From positions 1 to 36,992 of IMG/VR virus record IMGVR_UViG_3300011337_000091: 36,992 nucleotides of DNA. One strand, 5' to 3'. The translations under genes and the position numbers were made by a program. Below the pieces are notes generated by a model. That model made no database searches. It had not been told where the DNA came from and worked only from the letters and a program-made list of their open reading frames with translations. Below, in pieces: positions 16,634 through 25,056 of this stretch. Position 1 is the first letter of the stretch. Every line of letters starts with the position of its first letter. Origin of the DNA: a virus. Its lineage: Duplodnaviria; Caudoviricetes.

Positions 16634-19237
16634 ATGCACAGCGTAGCCAATAAATTAGCACAATATGGTCGTGGAGGCGATGACACGCTTGTCCACATGA
16701 ATCAGGCAGAAGTGGCTGGGCTTAACGCTCTTAACCATTTAGTCAACAACCGCCCACTTTCAAAAAACCCAGTAACAGGTATGGCCGAAGCGATGGACTT
16801 AACTGACATCCTAGCAGGTCTTGGTATTGGTATCGCTGCCGCTCTTACAGGCGGCGCGGCTGCCGCTGCTGCTCCTATGCTTTTAGGTGCCACGGCTGGC
16901 GCGGCTGGTGGCGCTGGTGCTTTAGGTCTCGGCGCTCTTGCTGGTGCCGCCACAGGTGCAGGTCTCAATGCAGGTAAAGCAGCTATTAAAGGTGACCAAG
17001 ATATTGGCATGGCAGCAGCGTTTGGTGCGGGGTCTGGTGCACTTGGTGGTCTAGGTGGAGCTGCTGGTGCAGGTAATGCGGCGGTGACAGAAGGCGCTGG
17101 TAATGTAGCGGCACAGAATATAAGTACCGTAGCCAAAGATACTATTACTCCAGGGCTAACGGATAGTGCTACTCAGGGTTTAGGGAATCTAGCACCGACA
17201 GCAACGCAAACTAACCTGCTAGGCGACGCCTCTAAATTCATAACGCCAGACTTTGCAACCTCAACCGTACCTCCAGTCGATGGCGCAGGTTTTTCAGGGC
17301 TTCCAGCAGACTTAGCTAAGTCCGATCAAATAATGGCTAACGCAGGTAAGCTTACTGGTGCGGCTCCTGTTAATTTTACAAACGCTCCTGCAGATTTAGC
17401 TAAAGCAAGTGAAATACCAACAATAGAAAAAGACCCGCTCACAGGTGAGTCTGTAACTTATAACACCCTAGACACAAACCATACAGGCCTACCCTACACT
17501 AACCCAAACTTAGCTAACCCAAACCCATCTTTTGGTGATGCTATGAGCCAAAGCTTTACTGGCTTAAAAAACACAGTTATGAACCCAGGACAACATCAGG
17601 GTCTACTCACAGCACAGTTAGGTATGGCGGGGCTTGAAGACAGCTATAAACAACAAGGTTTAACTGAGCAAGCTGGTGCAAAACAAGCAGCGGATATTGT
17701 TGGGCAGTATAGAAAAGCGGGGATTATGCCTAATGAATTACCCAAAGGGCTAACCGATATTGCTAATAAAAGAAAAAGCTTTGCTGCTGGCGGTACGATT
17801 CGTGACGTTCAGGGTTTAGGTGCTATTCCGTCTGGCTACATTAACCAGCAGTCTATGTCCAATTTCTACCCACAGAGCATGATGCCGCAAGCTCAACCTT
17901 TGCAATCCACACAGCCTATTCGCCATGAAGTTATTGGGTATGCTAAGGGCGGTGAATTAGATAAAGCTAAAGATGACTATAAGCAATTACTTGAAGGCTA
18001 CCCAAACGCATCTAAGTTTTTTGACGCCCTGCGCCAATCAGCCGATGCTGCGGTACCTACACAAGAACAAATGGCAGACCCTAACTACCTACTTAGTAAC
18101 GTAGCAGGTGGGGCATCCGCGTTGTCCACAAAAATACCGCAGAGTACAGTTAACGCTTATAAGCTGTTTAGAACAAAGGCAGACGACCCCGACACACTTT
18201 ACCCGTTATTTGTAAACGCAGATAAACCAGTACCTATGAATGAATGGACTCCCGCAGAAGCAGGTGCGCCAGCAGCTCAGAACGCAGATAAAGTTAAATC
18301 ATTGCTCGGACCTTTAGCATATAGACCAGGTTGGCACGCGGGTGATGTTCCTGTTGCTACTCATATTGGTAAAGGCGGTAAACCCCCTGTGTATAGACCA
18401 AGTGAACACACCTGGGCTGAAGTTGAGTTTCCAAACGATGTCGATTGGCAGTCTGTTGCTAATGAGCGCGGTATAAATAAAAAGGGTGTATTAGTACCAA
18501 AAGCTGCGCACATCACAGACCAAATACCAGAAGGTGGTTTTTACCGCTACAAAACAAGCCCTAATATGACTGGTAATTGGCTAATTGGGGGTGAAATGAA
18601 AGTTAACCGACCTATATCGGATGAAGAAGTTAAAGCAGCTAACGCGGCATCTGGTTTAGGGATTGAAGACTTACCAAGATTTAATGAGTATTTAAACCGT
18701 AATATGGGTAATCCAGCGGAATTATCGCGTGTAATAAATAGCGGAGCTGGTAAAGACGAATATTTCCAAATGCTAAAAAAAGCTAAAGATAACGAGCTTG
18801 ACGACTATATGCGGATGTACGGTCAAAACACCGATGAAGCAGCCCTAAAAGCTATGGATAAAAGGTTTAACAAATATTTAAAAACAGGTAAAGCTGAAGG
18901 TGGGATTGTAGGTTACGCCGAAGGTGGACAAGTCGGTTACGGCTATGCTGAAGGTGGTGATGTTGGTGGTGGTGATGAAGGCTTACTACATGGACCCGGT
19001 ACAGGGCAAAGCGATGGTATCTCAGGTATTATTGAAGGCGCTCAGAGCCAAGAGCCTGTACGCTTAGCAGATGGTGAGTTCGTTATCCCAGCAGACGTGG
19101 TGTCTGCGTTAGGCTCTGGTTCAACTAAAGCGGGTGCAAAAGCACTCTACGATATGCTTGATAGAATCCGTCAACAAGCTTATGGACACATGCAACAAGC
19201 GAACCCTGTAGAACCTCAATCTGTAATGCCTGTGTAG
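16634..19237 (+). CDS. Putative ejection / internal virion protein 1 (multi-module, with an ART-like insert)
   Basis: ATG 16634 with AGGAG; N-terminal GR.GD..LVHM...E...NP.TG..EA; Gly/Ala hydrophobic zipper; five xAxGG motifs; C-terminal GPGTG.SD.I....RL.DGEFVIPADVV..LG.GS..AGA..L. Confidence 0.7.
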   Translation: MHSVANKLAQYGRGGDDTLVHMNQAEVAGLNALNHLVNNRPLSKNPVTGMAEAMDLTDILAGLGIGIAAALTGGAAAAAAPMLLGATAGAAGGAGALGLGALAGAATGAGLNAGKAAIKGDQDIGMAAAFGAGSGALGGLGGAAGAGNAAVTEGAGNVAAQNISTVAKDTITPGLTDSATQGLGNLAPTATQTNLLGDASKFITPDFATSTVPPVDGAGFSGLPADLAKSDQIMANAGKLTGAAPVNFTNAPADLAKASEIPTIEKDPLTGESVTYNTLDTNHTGLPYTNPNLANPNPSFGDAMSQSFTGLKNTVMNPGQHQGLLTAQLGMAGLEDSYKQQGLTEQAGAKQAADIVGQYRKAGIMPNELPKGLTDIANKRKSFAAGGTIRDVQGLGAIPSGYINQQSMSNFYPQSMMPQAQPLQSTQPIRHEVIGYAKGGELDKAKDDYKQLLEGYPNASKFFDALRQSADAAVPTQEQMADPNYLLSNVAGGASALSTKIPQSTVNAYKLFRTKADDPDTLYPLFVNADKPVPMNEWTPAEAGAPAAQNADKVKSLLGPLAYRPGWHAGDVPVATHIGKGGKPPVYRPSEHTWAEVEFPNDVDWQSVANERGINKKGVLVPKAAHITDQIPEGGFYRYKTSPNMTGNWLIGGEMKVNRPISDEEVKAANAASGLGIEDLPRFNEYLNRNMGNPAELSRVINSGAGKDEYFQMLKKAKDNELDDYMRMYGQNTDEAALKAMDKRFNKYLKTGKAEGGIVGYAEGGQVGYGYAEGGDVGGGDEGLLHGPGTGQSDGISGIIEGAQSQEPVRLADGEFVIPADVVSALGSGSTKAGAKALYDMLDRIRQQAYGHMQQANPVEPQSVMPV

Positions 19238-19238
19238 T

Positions 19239-19640
19239 ATGCAACTTATCTACTGCGAAAACATTAGAGAGTCTTGGGATTTTATCCGTAATGCTTTAGA
19301 ATGTCTCATAAATAAAACGAATACCAAAGGTTGGATTCCTGAAGATATTTACATGGCGGCTACATTAGGGCAAGCCAGAGTCTACAGGACTCCAGACGGG
19401 GTTATCGTATTCAAACTGCTTACAGACGAGTTGACACATGAAGTTTCGTTATTCGTATGGGCTGCCTATAGTTTAGAAGGTGAGGCTTTAGTTAAGTATC
19501 ACCAAGACGTTGACACCATAGCCAGAGAGTTTGGTGCAAGCAAAATATCATTCACTTCCTCCCGTAAAGGTTGGCATAGAGCCATAGATAAAATTCCTGG
19601 GTGGAGAGAAGGCGAAACCATTTACGAAAAGAGGATTTAA
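19239..19640 (+). CDS. Hypothetical protein, possible GNAT-like fold
   Basis: 133 aa; L.VW.AY, A.E.G...I.F.S.RKGW pattern; position among ejection genes resembles T7 gp13-like genes. Confidence 0.45.
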   Translation: MQLIYCENIRESWDFIRNALECLINKTNTKGWIPEDIYMAATLGQARVYRTPDGVIVFKLLTDELTHEVSLFVWAAYSLEGEALVKYHQDVDTIAREFGASKISFTSSRKGWHRAIDKIPGWREGETIYEKRI

Positions 19641-19642
19641 TT

Positions 19643-22084
19643 ATGGGCGGTTCATCAGTTCCATCAAGCACTACTACTACCACAATGCTCGACCCAACCC
19701 GTCAGGCGGCTCTAAAAAAGTCGATGGGGTACTTTGACAAATGGGCAAATAGCTATAATGGACCGACATATAAAGGCCCTCTCGTTGCTGGTAGAACAGC
19801 GGACTGGTATAAAGCTCAGGACATGGCACATAAGCTCTCCAATAGGTTTGCCGAGGGAGGAATAACCAGTGTGCGGCGATTTGATGATGGCGGTCTAACG
19901 CTCGGTCCTGTTGTGGGTCCTTCAAATGTAGCCACACCAGACCAATATGGCCCATCTGTTATTGCGGGGACTAACGATCAGGTGCCTACAGGCTATAACA
20001 ACACTTACGAGTTTAACAACCCAAATCTTACTTACGCGGGTCCTTCAAATGTAACCCCACCAGGCCAATCTGGCCCATCTGTTATTGCGGGGACTAACGA
20101 TCAGGTGCCTACAGGTTATAATAATACTTACGCATTTAATAGCCCAAATCTTACTTACGCGGGTCCTTCAAATGTAGCCACACCAGACCAATCGGTTTCA
20201 CTTACAAACGGTCTAGGGTCAATAACTAAAGACACGCTTGCTGGTGGTCCGGCTAAAGACACGCTTGCTGGTGGTCCGGCTAAAGACACGCTTGCTGGTG
20301 GTCCGGCTAAAGACACGCTTGCTGGTGGTCCGGCTAAAGACACGCTCGTTGGTGCTTCAGGTAACGACACGCTTGCTGGTGGTCCGGCTAAAGACACGCT
20401 CGTTGGTGCTTCAGGTAACGACACGGTATCCGGTGGAGATTACACAGCTAAAGTCTCATCAGGTAATGCAGGTAACCCTAATTTATTTGCTCAGATGGTA
20501 ACTAATGCAAATCTTGGTGGTCTATTTGGTCTGACAGGCGTTCAACCAAATCAAGTATCTAACACCTACAGCGCCCCAACAAAGTTAGATGCCGATAAAG
20601 TCACAGGTGCATACACCGCTGGAAACATAACAGCTCCAGATAAAGTCACAGGTGCATACACTGCGGGAACCATCGGAGCTCCAGATAAAGTCACAGGTGC
20701 ATACACTGCTGGAAGCATCGGTGCTCCAGATAAAGTGACAAACAGTTATTCCGCTGGAACAATATCGCCTGGAACAGTGTCGTACAGCTACACACCAGAC
20801 CAAATGGATAAAATTAATACCGCTGTGACTAGCGACTACACGGCTGGTACACACTCTATTAAAGACGTAACAGCCGATAAATGGAACCAAGCGGCGATGG
20901 ACCAGTATATGAGTCCATACACTAAAGGCGTAGTCGATATTGCTTTGCGTGAAGCGGAGCGTCAACGAGCGGTAGAAAGGCTAAAAGAAAACACAGCGGC
21001 GACGCAATCAGGTGCATTTGGCGGCTATCGTCAAGGGGTTGTTGAAGCAGAGGGAGAGAGAAATTACAACCAGCTTCTCAGTGATATAACCACTAAAGGA
21101 CAGCAAGAAGCCTATAATGCGGCTGTTGCTCAGTTTAATGCAGATAGAGCGGTGGACATAGCAGTACAGCAGTTCAACGAAAATAACTCTATGGAAAACT
21201 TTAAAGTTCTTGAGCAAGCGAAACAGACAGCAGCTCAGCTTAAACTAACAGCAGAGCAAAATAATGCCTCTAACACCATAAATGCTTATCAAGCTGTTCA
21301 GCAAGCAAAACAAGCGGCGGCGGCTGGAAACTTAACGGCAAGCCAAGCTAACGCAGCTAACGCACTTAGCGCAGCTATTGCGGAGGAGCAAGCGAGACAA
21401 CAAGAAGGCCAAATGGGTATTTCAGCAGCGACAGCTAACGCGGCTAACGAGCTACAAGCCTCTATCGCAAACGAACAAGCGAAACAAGCGGCTGGACAAC
21501 AATCAATTACTGCGACCTCTGCTAACGCAGCTAATCAACTTAACGCGCTTATTGCGAGTGAACAAGCGAAACAAGCGGCTGGTCAACAAAGTATCACTGC
21601 AACATCTTCTAATGCGGCTAATCAACTTAACGCGCTTATCGCAAGCGAACAAGCAAAACAAGCGGCTGGACAACAAGCAGTTACCGCAAGCTCTACTAAC
21701 GCGGCTAACGCGCTACAAGCCTCTATTGCAAAAGAACAAGCGGCGCAACAAGCAGCTCAGATGTCTACAACTGCCGCGCAGAATAATGTTCAAAACGGAT
21801 TAAGTGCACTCAACGTGTCAATAAATGCTTATAACGCAGGGCTTACAGGGGCACAAGGTTTAGCGGCTATTGATACTGCATATAACAGTAATGTAAAACT
21901 CGCACAAGAAATGATGCTGAGTACAGATGCTAGCGAAAGAGCTGCAGGACAGGCACTCATGGAAGCGATGATAGCTAAATCAAAAGAATTGGATACGCTA
22001 GACTTAACTAAAGCGCAGGCAGGGTCTGGAATTACAGGGTTGTCTCAAAACCCAAGTAACACACAAGTTAAAGTAACGGGGTAA
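19643..22084 (+). CDS. Putative ejection / DNA-transfer protein 2 (repeat-expanded)
   Basis: ATG 19643 with GAGGA; MGGSS N-terminus; core YMSPY...VVD...GAFGG.RQGV.EAE; long A/Q/N coiled coil. Confidence 0.7.
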   Translation: MGGSSVPSSTTTTTMLDPTRQAALKKSMGYFDKWANSYNGPTYKGPLVAGRTADWYKAQDMAHKLSNRFAEGGITSVRRFDDGGLTLGPVVGPSNVATPDQYGPSVIAGTNDQVPTGYNNTYEFNNPNLTYAGPSNVTPPGQSGPSVIAGTNDQVPTGYNNTYAFNSPNLTYAGPSNVATPDQSVSLTNGLGSITKDTLAGGPAKDTLAGGPAKDTLAGGPAKDTLAGGPAKDTLVGASGNDTLAGGPAKDTLVGASGNDTVSGGDYTAKVSSGNAGNPNLFAQMVTNANLGGLFGLTGVQPNQVSNTYSAPTKLDADKVTGAYTAGNITAPDKVTGAYTAGTIGAPDKVTGAYTAGSIGAPDKVTNSYSAGTISPGTVSYSYTPDQMDKINTAVTSDYTAGTHSIKDVTADKWNQAAMDQYMSPYTKGVVDIALREAERQRAVERLKENTAATQSGAFGGYRQGVVEAEGERNYNQLLSDITTKGQQEAYNAAVAQFNADRAVDIAVQQFNENNSMENFKVLEQAKQTAAQLKLTAEQNNASNTINAYQAVQQAKQAAAAGNLTASQANAANALSAAIAEEQARQQEGQMGISAATANAANELQASIANEQAKQAAGQQSITATSANAANQLNALIASEQAKQAAGQQSITATSSNAANQLNALIASEQAKQAAGQQAVTASSTNAANALQASIAKEQAAQQAAQMSTTAAQNNVQNGLSALNVSINAYNAGLTGAQGLAAIDTAYNSNVKLAQEMMLSTDASERAAGQALMEAMIAKSKELDTLDLTKAQAGSGITGLSQNPSNTQVKVTG
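19915..20191 (+). repeat. 123-bp (41-aa) tandem repeat x2.25
   Basis: Units start GGGTCCTTCAAATGTA at 19915, 20038 and 20161. Confidence 0.9.
20226..20441 (+). repeat. 27-bp tandem repeat x8 encoding nonapeptides (KDTLAGGPA and variants)
   Basis: CTAAAGACACGCTTGCTGGTGGTCCGG, four perfect copies then alternating variants encoding GASGNDTL. Confidence 0.95.
20540..20854 (+). repeat. ~45-bp (15-aa) repeat x7 (APDKVTGAYTAGxI type)
   Basis: GATAAAGTCACAGGTGCATACAC recurs three times; four more diverged copies flank them. Confidence 0.8.
21167..21800 (+). repeat. 87-bp (29-aa) repeat x7 (NAANxLxAxIAxEQAKQAAGQQSITATS type)
   Basis: Seven EQAKQ-like cores at 29-aa spacing. Confidence 0.85.
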
Positions 22085-22089
22085 CATAA

Positions 22090-25044
22090 ATGAGCATTAA
22101 ATATTTACAAGACCAACAACTAAATCAGGTTCAACAAAGCCCTAATAACTCCCCTTGGGCAAAACTTGTCGCGCAGTCAGAAATGCTAGAGCGTAATAAA
22201 ATGAGACAGCCTCAAGGTCAAGCACCACAAGGCACAGTAGCGGGTAACATTCAGCAACAGCTTATCGATGCTCAAATGAAGCAGGAAAGTGAAGCGCAAA
22301 ACGCTGACTTATATAAATCCCAGATGCTTGCTCAGCTTATTGGTTCGGGTCAGATACCTGCTAACTTTGCAGCTCAAGGCTATGCGAGTGGCGGTCTAAC
22401 ACAACCGGGCACTGGAACTTACGCAGGCATTATGGTGCCGGGTAAGCCTCAAAACCCAATGGGTATGCCTAACTATGTACCACCTAACTCACAAGACCCT
22501 AACGCCCAAGAAAAGAAACATGGACTGCTTCAGTCTATGATAGACAACTCTATCTTTAAAGCACCTACCACCGAAAACTTTATGAGCAACCTCGGAGATA
22601 TGGCGTCTGGAAAGTTCCTTAGTCGAGGCTTCGCTGAAGGTGGTGATATTCGTGGTTTTGCGGCTGGCGGCGGACTAGAAAAATTTTTAAACAGATACCC
22701 AAGCCACCCGTCAACTACAGGTATTAAGCCTTATTTAGAACCAGCAACAGGTACGCGGTTTCAAGATGTGCCTGAACTACAAAAAGTGCTGGGTGAAGCA
22801 AAAACAAATAACCAACTTGCTGAGCTACTTAGACAAGACCCAAGTGCCTTAGATAAAGTAAATGCGTTCTTTAAAAATCAACCAAAAGGGTTACCATACA
22901 TACCTCAAATATCTGAGTCACCAGAGCTGCAAGAGTATTATAAGGACTATTACAAACATTTATATGAGCCTAAACCTGACGTGACTCGTGGTGATGTGTA
23001 TAACAGCTTAACGCAACGAGCTAATGCGCCTACCCCTACTGATTCTGGTGTCGAGCAAATGAAAATACCGCCACGCGGGTCAGTATTACCACAAGAACAG
23101 CCTAACGTAGGTCCAAGAGTTGATCCAACGGCTGAGTTCAAAAGTAGAATGTATGGTGAAAACAGCGGGGTAAACCCTGCACGCAGTAATCTTATGGGTA
23201 CGTTATTCAACATAGCTGAACAGAAAGAGGCGGTGAACCCAGCGCGTAGTAATCTTATGGGCACCTTGCTTAATGTAGCTGAACAAAAAGAGGCACAGGT
23301 GAACCCAGCGCGTAGTAACCTTATGGGTACGTTGCTTAACGTAGCTGAACAGAAAGAGGCATTAGCAAACCAACCTAAACCTTCTATGACTGAAAAGCTG
23401 CGTGAAGCAGGTATGGCGGGGTACAACGACAACACAATCTTAGATACGATGGCAAATAAGATGAGTGCAACGGACAGAATCAACGCTGCTAATAAACCTG
23501 ATATTCCTGTAGAGCCAGCGGCTCCTGATGCTTGGTCAGGTGCAGAAGCAGGTAAAGGCCTAGGTGAAGAGCTTAAAGGTGTTGGTCAAGGTATTGCAGG
23601 GTTATTTAAAGGACCTGTCGGTGTAGCTGGTAAAGCATTAAGAGCAGTGACTCCTATCGGTGACCTTATGGCAGTGAATGATGTTACAGGCAGTCCTTTA
23701 CCGATGTTGGCTAAAGCCGCAGGCGTGAATGTACCTAGCTCTATAGGTGGTGTACCTGTATCTCAGGGCGGTCCTTCTCAACTAGCGATGGACTTAATGG
23801 GTTCTCCAACAGCGCGTCTAAACCAAGTAGGCAGCGGCATTTCTGATGCGGCACAGTATGTAGGCGACAAAGCAACAAGTGCCTATGACCAGTTTAAAAA
23901 TAGATTAGACAGCGCACAAGGAACAGGAACGCCTTATACCCCGCCAGCAGAGACTTCACCTAATGTTGCGCCTTGGCTTAATGAAGCAGTAAACAAACAA
24001 CAGACTCCACCGCAGACTCCAACACCTGATAAAGCTAAGTTCGCAAGCAGTGCTAACAAAAGTGAAAAGGCGGCGGAAAACGTACAAGTTAGAGATAAGG
24101 TATTTAATCAAGGACCAACTGCTAATACTACTGAAGGGCATCCTGTAGGTGATGCGGTTACTAGACTTTCGGCGTTGGCTCAAACTGACCAAGCAATGAA
24201 TAAAACCAGTGATACTGGGATGGGTCAAGGCAGTATCTTAGACTCACTGTATAGCAAACTAAAAGACTCGGATGTAGATTATAGTGACCTCGCTAAACGT
24301 ATTTCACAGAACGAATATGACCTTGCTCGTGAAAGAAAAGACGGTACACTCAACGCTATATTAGGCGGGGTTGGCGCGGCGCTTAGCAAAGCTGGCTCTT
24401 ACGAAGGCGTTGGAGATCGTGTGTTTAGACCTGGTCTTGGCGCTATTGCTGGTGCTGGTATTATGGGTGGTCTTAAAATGTCTGCGGCTTCTGATGAAGC
24501 TATTGATAAAAAATCACAAGACAACATGGTCGCTGCATTAGCCCTTAAAAAACTCAAACGCGAATCTATGAACGACGTCCTCGATGCTATCTCAGCACAG
24601 AAACAAACAGACGTATATGCGCAGAGCGTGGCTAACACTGCTCTATCTCATAGAGACACTGCGGCTAACCAAAGAGTTGAAAACAATATTAAACAAAATC
24701 AATTATTGTTAAACGCGGAGCAAATAGCACAAGACGCAGTTTATAAACAAGCTATGATAGACAAAGCGCGAAATGAGCTACCCGCTGAAAAACAAGGCTC
24801 CGCTGATCTATTAAAAGCACAGCTATCGCAATATACAGCAGCGTACACTGACCTATTAAAAACCCCAGGTATAATGCCTAATGACCCAAGAGTAATAGCC
24901 GCTTCGAAAAAAATAAACAACACAAATGCTATGATAGACACACTGTTACAGGGGTTTGGTAACAATGTTAATTTGACGCCTAGCACAGACACTGTGGGTG
25001 CTACTTCTGGTGGGATGACTCTTTTGAATGTTAGAAATAAATAA
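22090..25044 (+). CDS. Putative ejection / internal virion protein 3
   Basis: 984 aa, Q/P/G-rich; YASGG, FAEGG and FAAGG motifs; hydrophobic GxxxG segments near the C-terminus followed by coiled coil. Confidence 0.65.
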   Translation: MSIKYLQDQQLNQVQQSPNNSPWAKLVAQSEMLERNKMRQPQGQAPQGTVAGNIQQQLIDAQMKQESEAQNADLYKSQMLAQLIGSGQIPANFAAQGYASGGLTQPGTGTYAGIMVPGKPQNPMGMPNYVPPNSQDPNAQEKKHGLLQSMIDNSIFKAPTTENFMSNLGDMASGKFLSRGFAEGGDIRGFAAGGGLEKFLNRYPSHPSTTGIKPYLEPATGTRFQDVPELQKVLGEAKTNNQLAELLRQDPSALDKVNAFFKNQPKGLPYIPQISESPELQEYYKDYYKHLYEPKPDVTRGDVYNSLTQRANAPTPTDSGVEQMKIPPRGSVLPQEQPNVGPRVDPTAEFKSRMYGENSGVNPARSNLMGTLFNIAEQKEAVNPARSNLMGTLLNVAEQKEAQVNPARSNLMGTLLNVAEQKEALANQPKPSMTEKLREAGMAGYNDNTILDTMANKMSATDRINAANKPDIPVEPAAPDAWSGAEAGKGLGEELKGVGQGIAGLFKGPVGVAGKALRAVTPIGDLMAVNDVTGSPLPMLAKAAGVNVPSSIGGVPVSQGGPSQLAMDLMGSPTARLNQVGSGISDAAQYVGDKATSAYDQFKNRLDSAQGTGTPYTPPAETSPNVAPWLNEAVNKQQTPPQTPTPDKAKFASSANKSEKAAENVQVRDKVFNQGPTANTTEGHPVGDAVTRLSALAQTDQAMNKTSDTGMGQGSILDSLYSKLKDSDVDYSDLAKRISQNEYDLARERKDGTLNAILGGVGAALSKAGSYEGVGDRVFRPGLGAIAGAGIMGGLKMSAASDEAIDKKSQDNMVAALALKKLKRESMNDVLDAISAQKQTDVYAQSVANTALSHRDTAANQRVENNIKQNQLLLNAEQIAQDAVYKQAMIDKARNELPAEKQGSADLLKAQLSQYTAAYTDLLKTPGIMPNDPRVIAASKKINNTNAMIDTLLQGFGNNVNLTPSTDTVGATSGGMTLLNVRNK
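23170..23361 (+). repeat. 63-66-bp tandem repeat x3 (VNPARSNLMGTLLNVAEQKEA)
   Basis: Units at 23170, 23233 and 23299 with synonymous divergence. Confidence 0.9.
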
Positions 25045-25056
25045 TAAGGGGTATGT

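Noticed and set aside
2253-19642. Extended starts in the ORF track (2253, 6153, 6301, 13444, 16592, 19601)
   Set aside because: They overlap upstream genes; downstream starts (2310, 6189, 6355, 13474, 16634, 19643) fit gene packing and mostly have clear RBS sequences
20226-20441. 27-bp repeats as a CRISPR array
   Set aside because: Head-to-tail with no unique spacers, in frame within a CDS, and no cas operon; the PD-(D/E)XK nuclease is a typical phage replication gene
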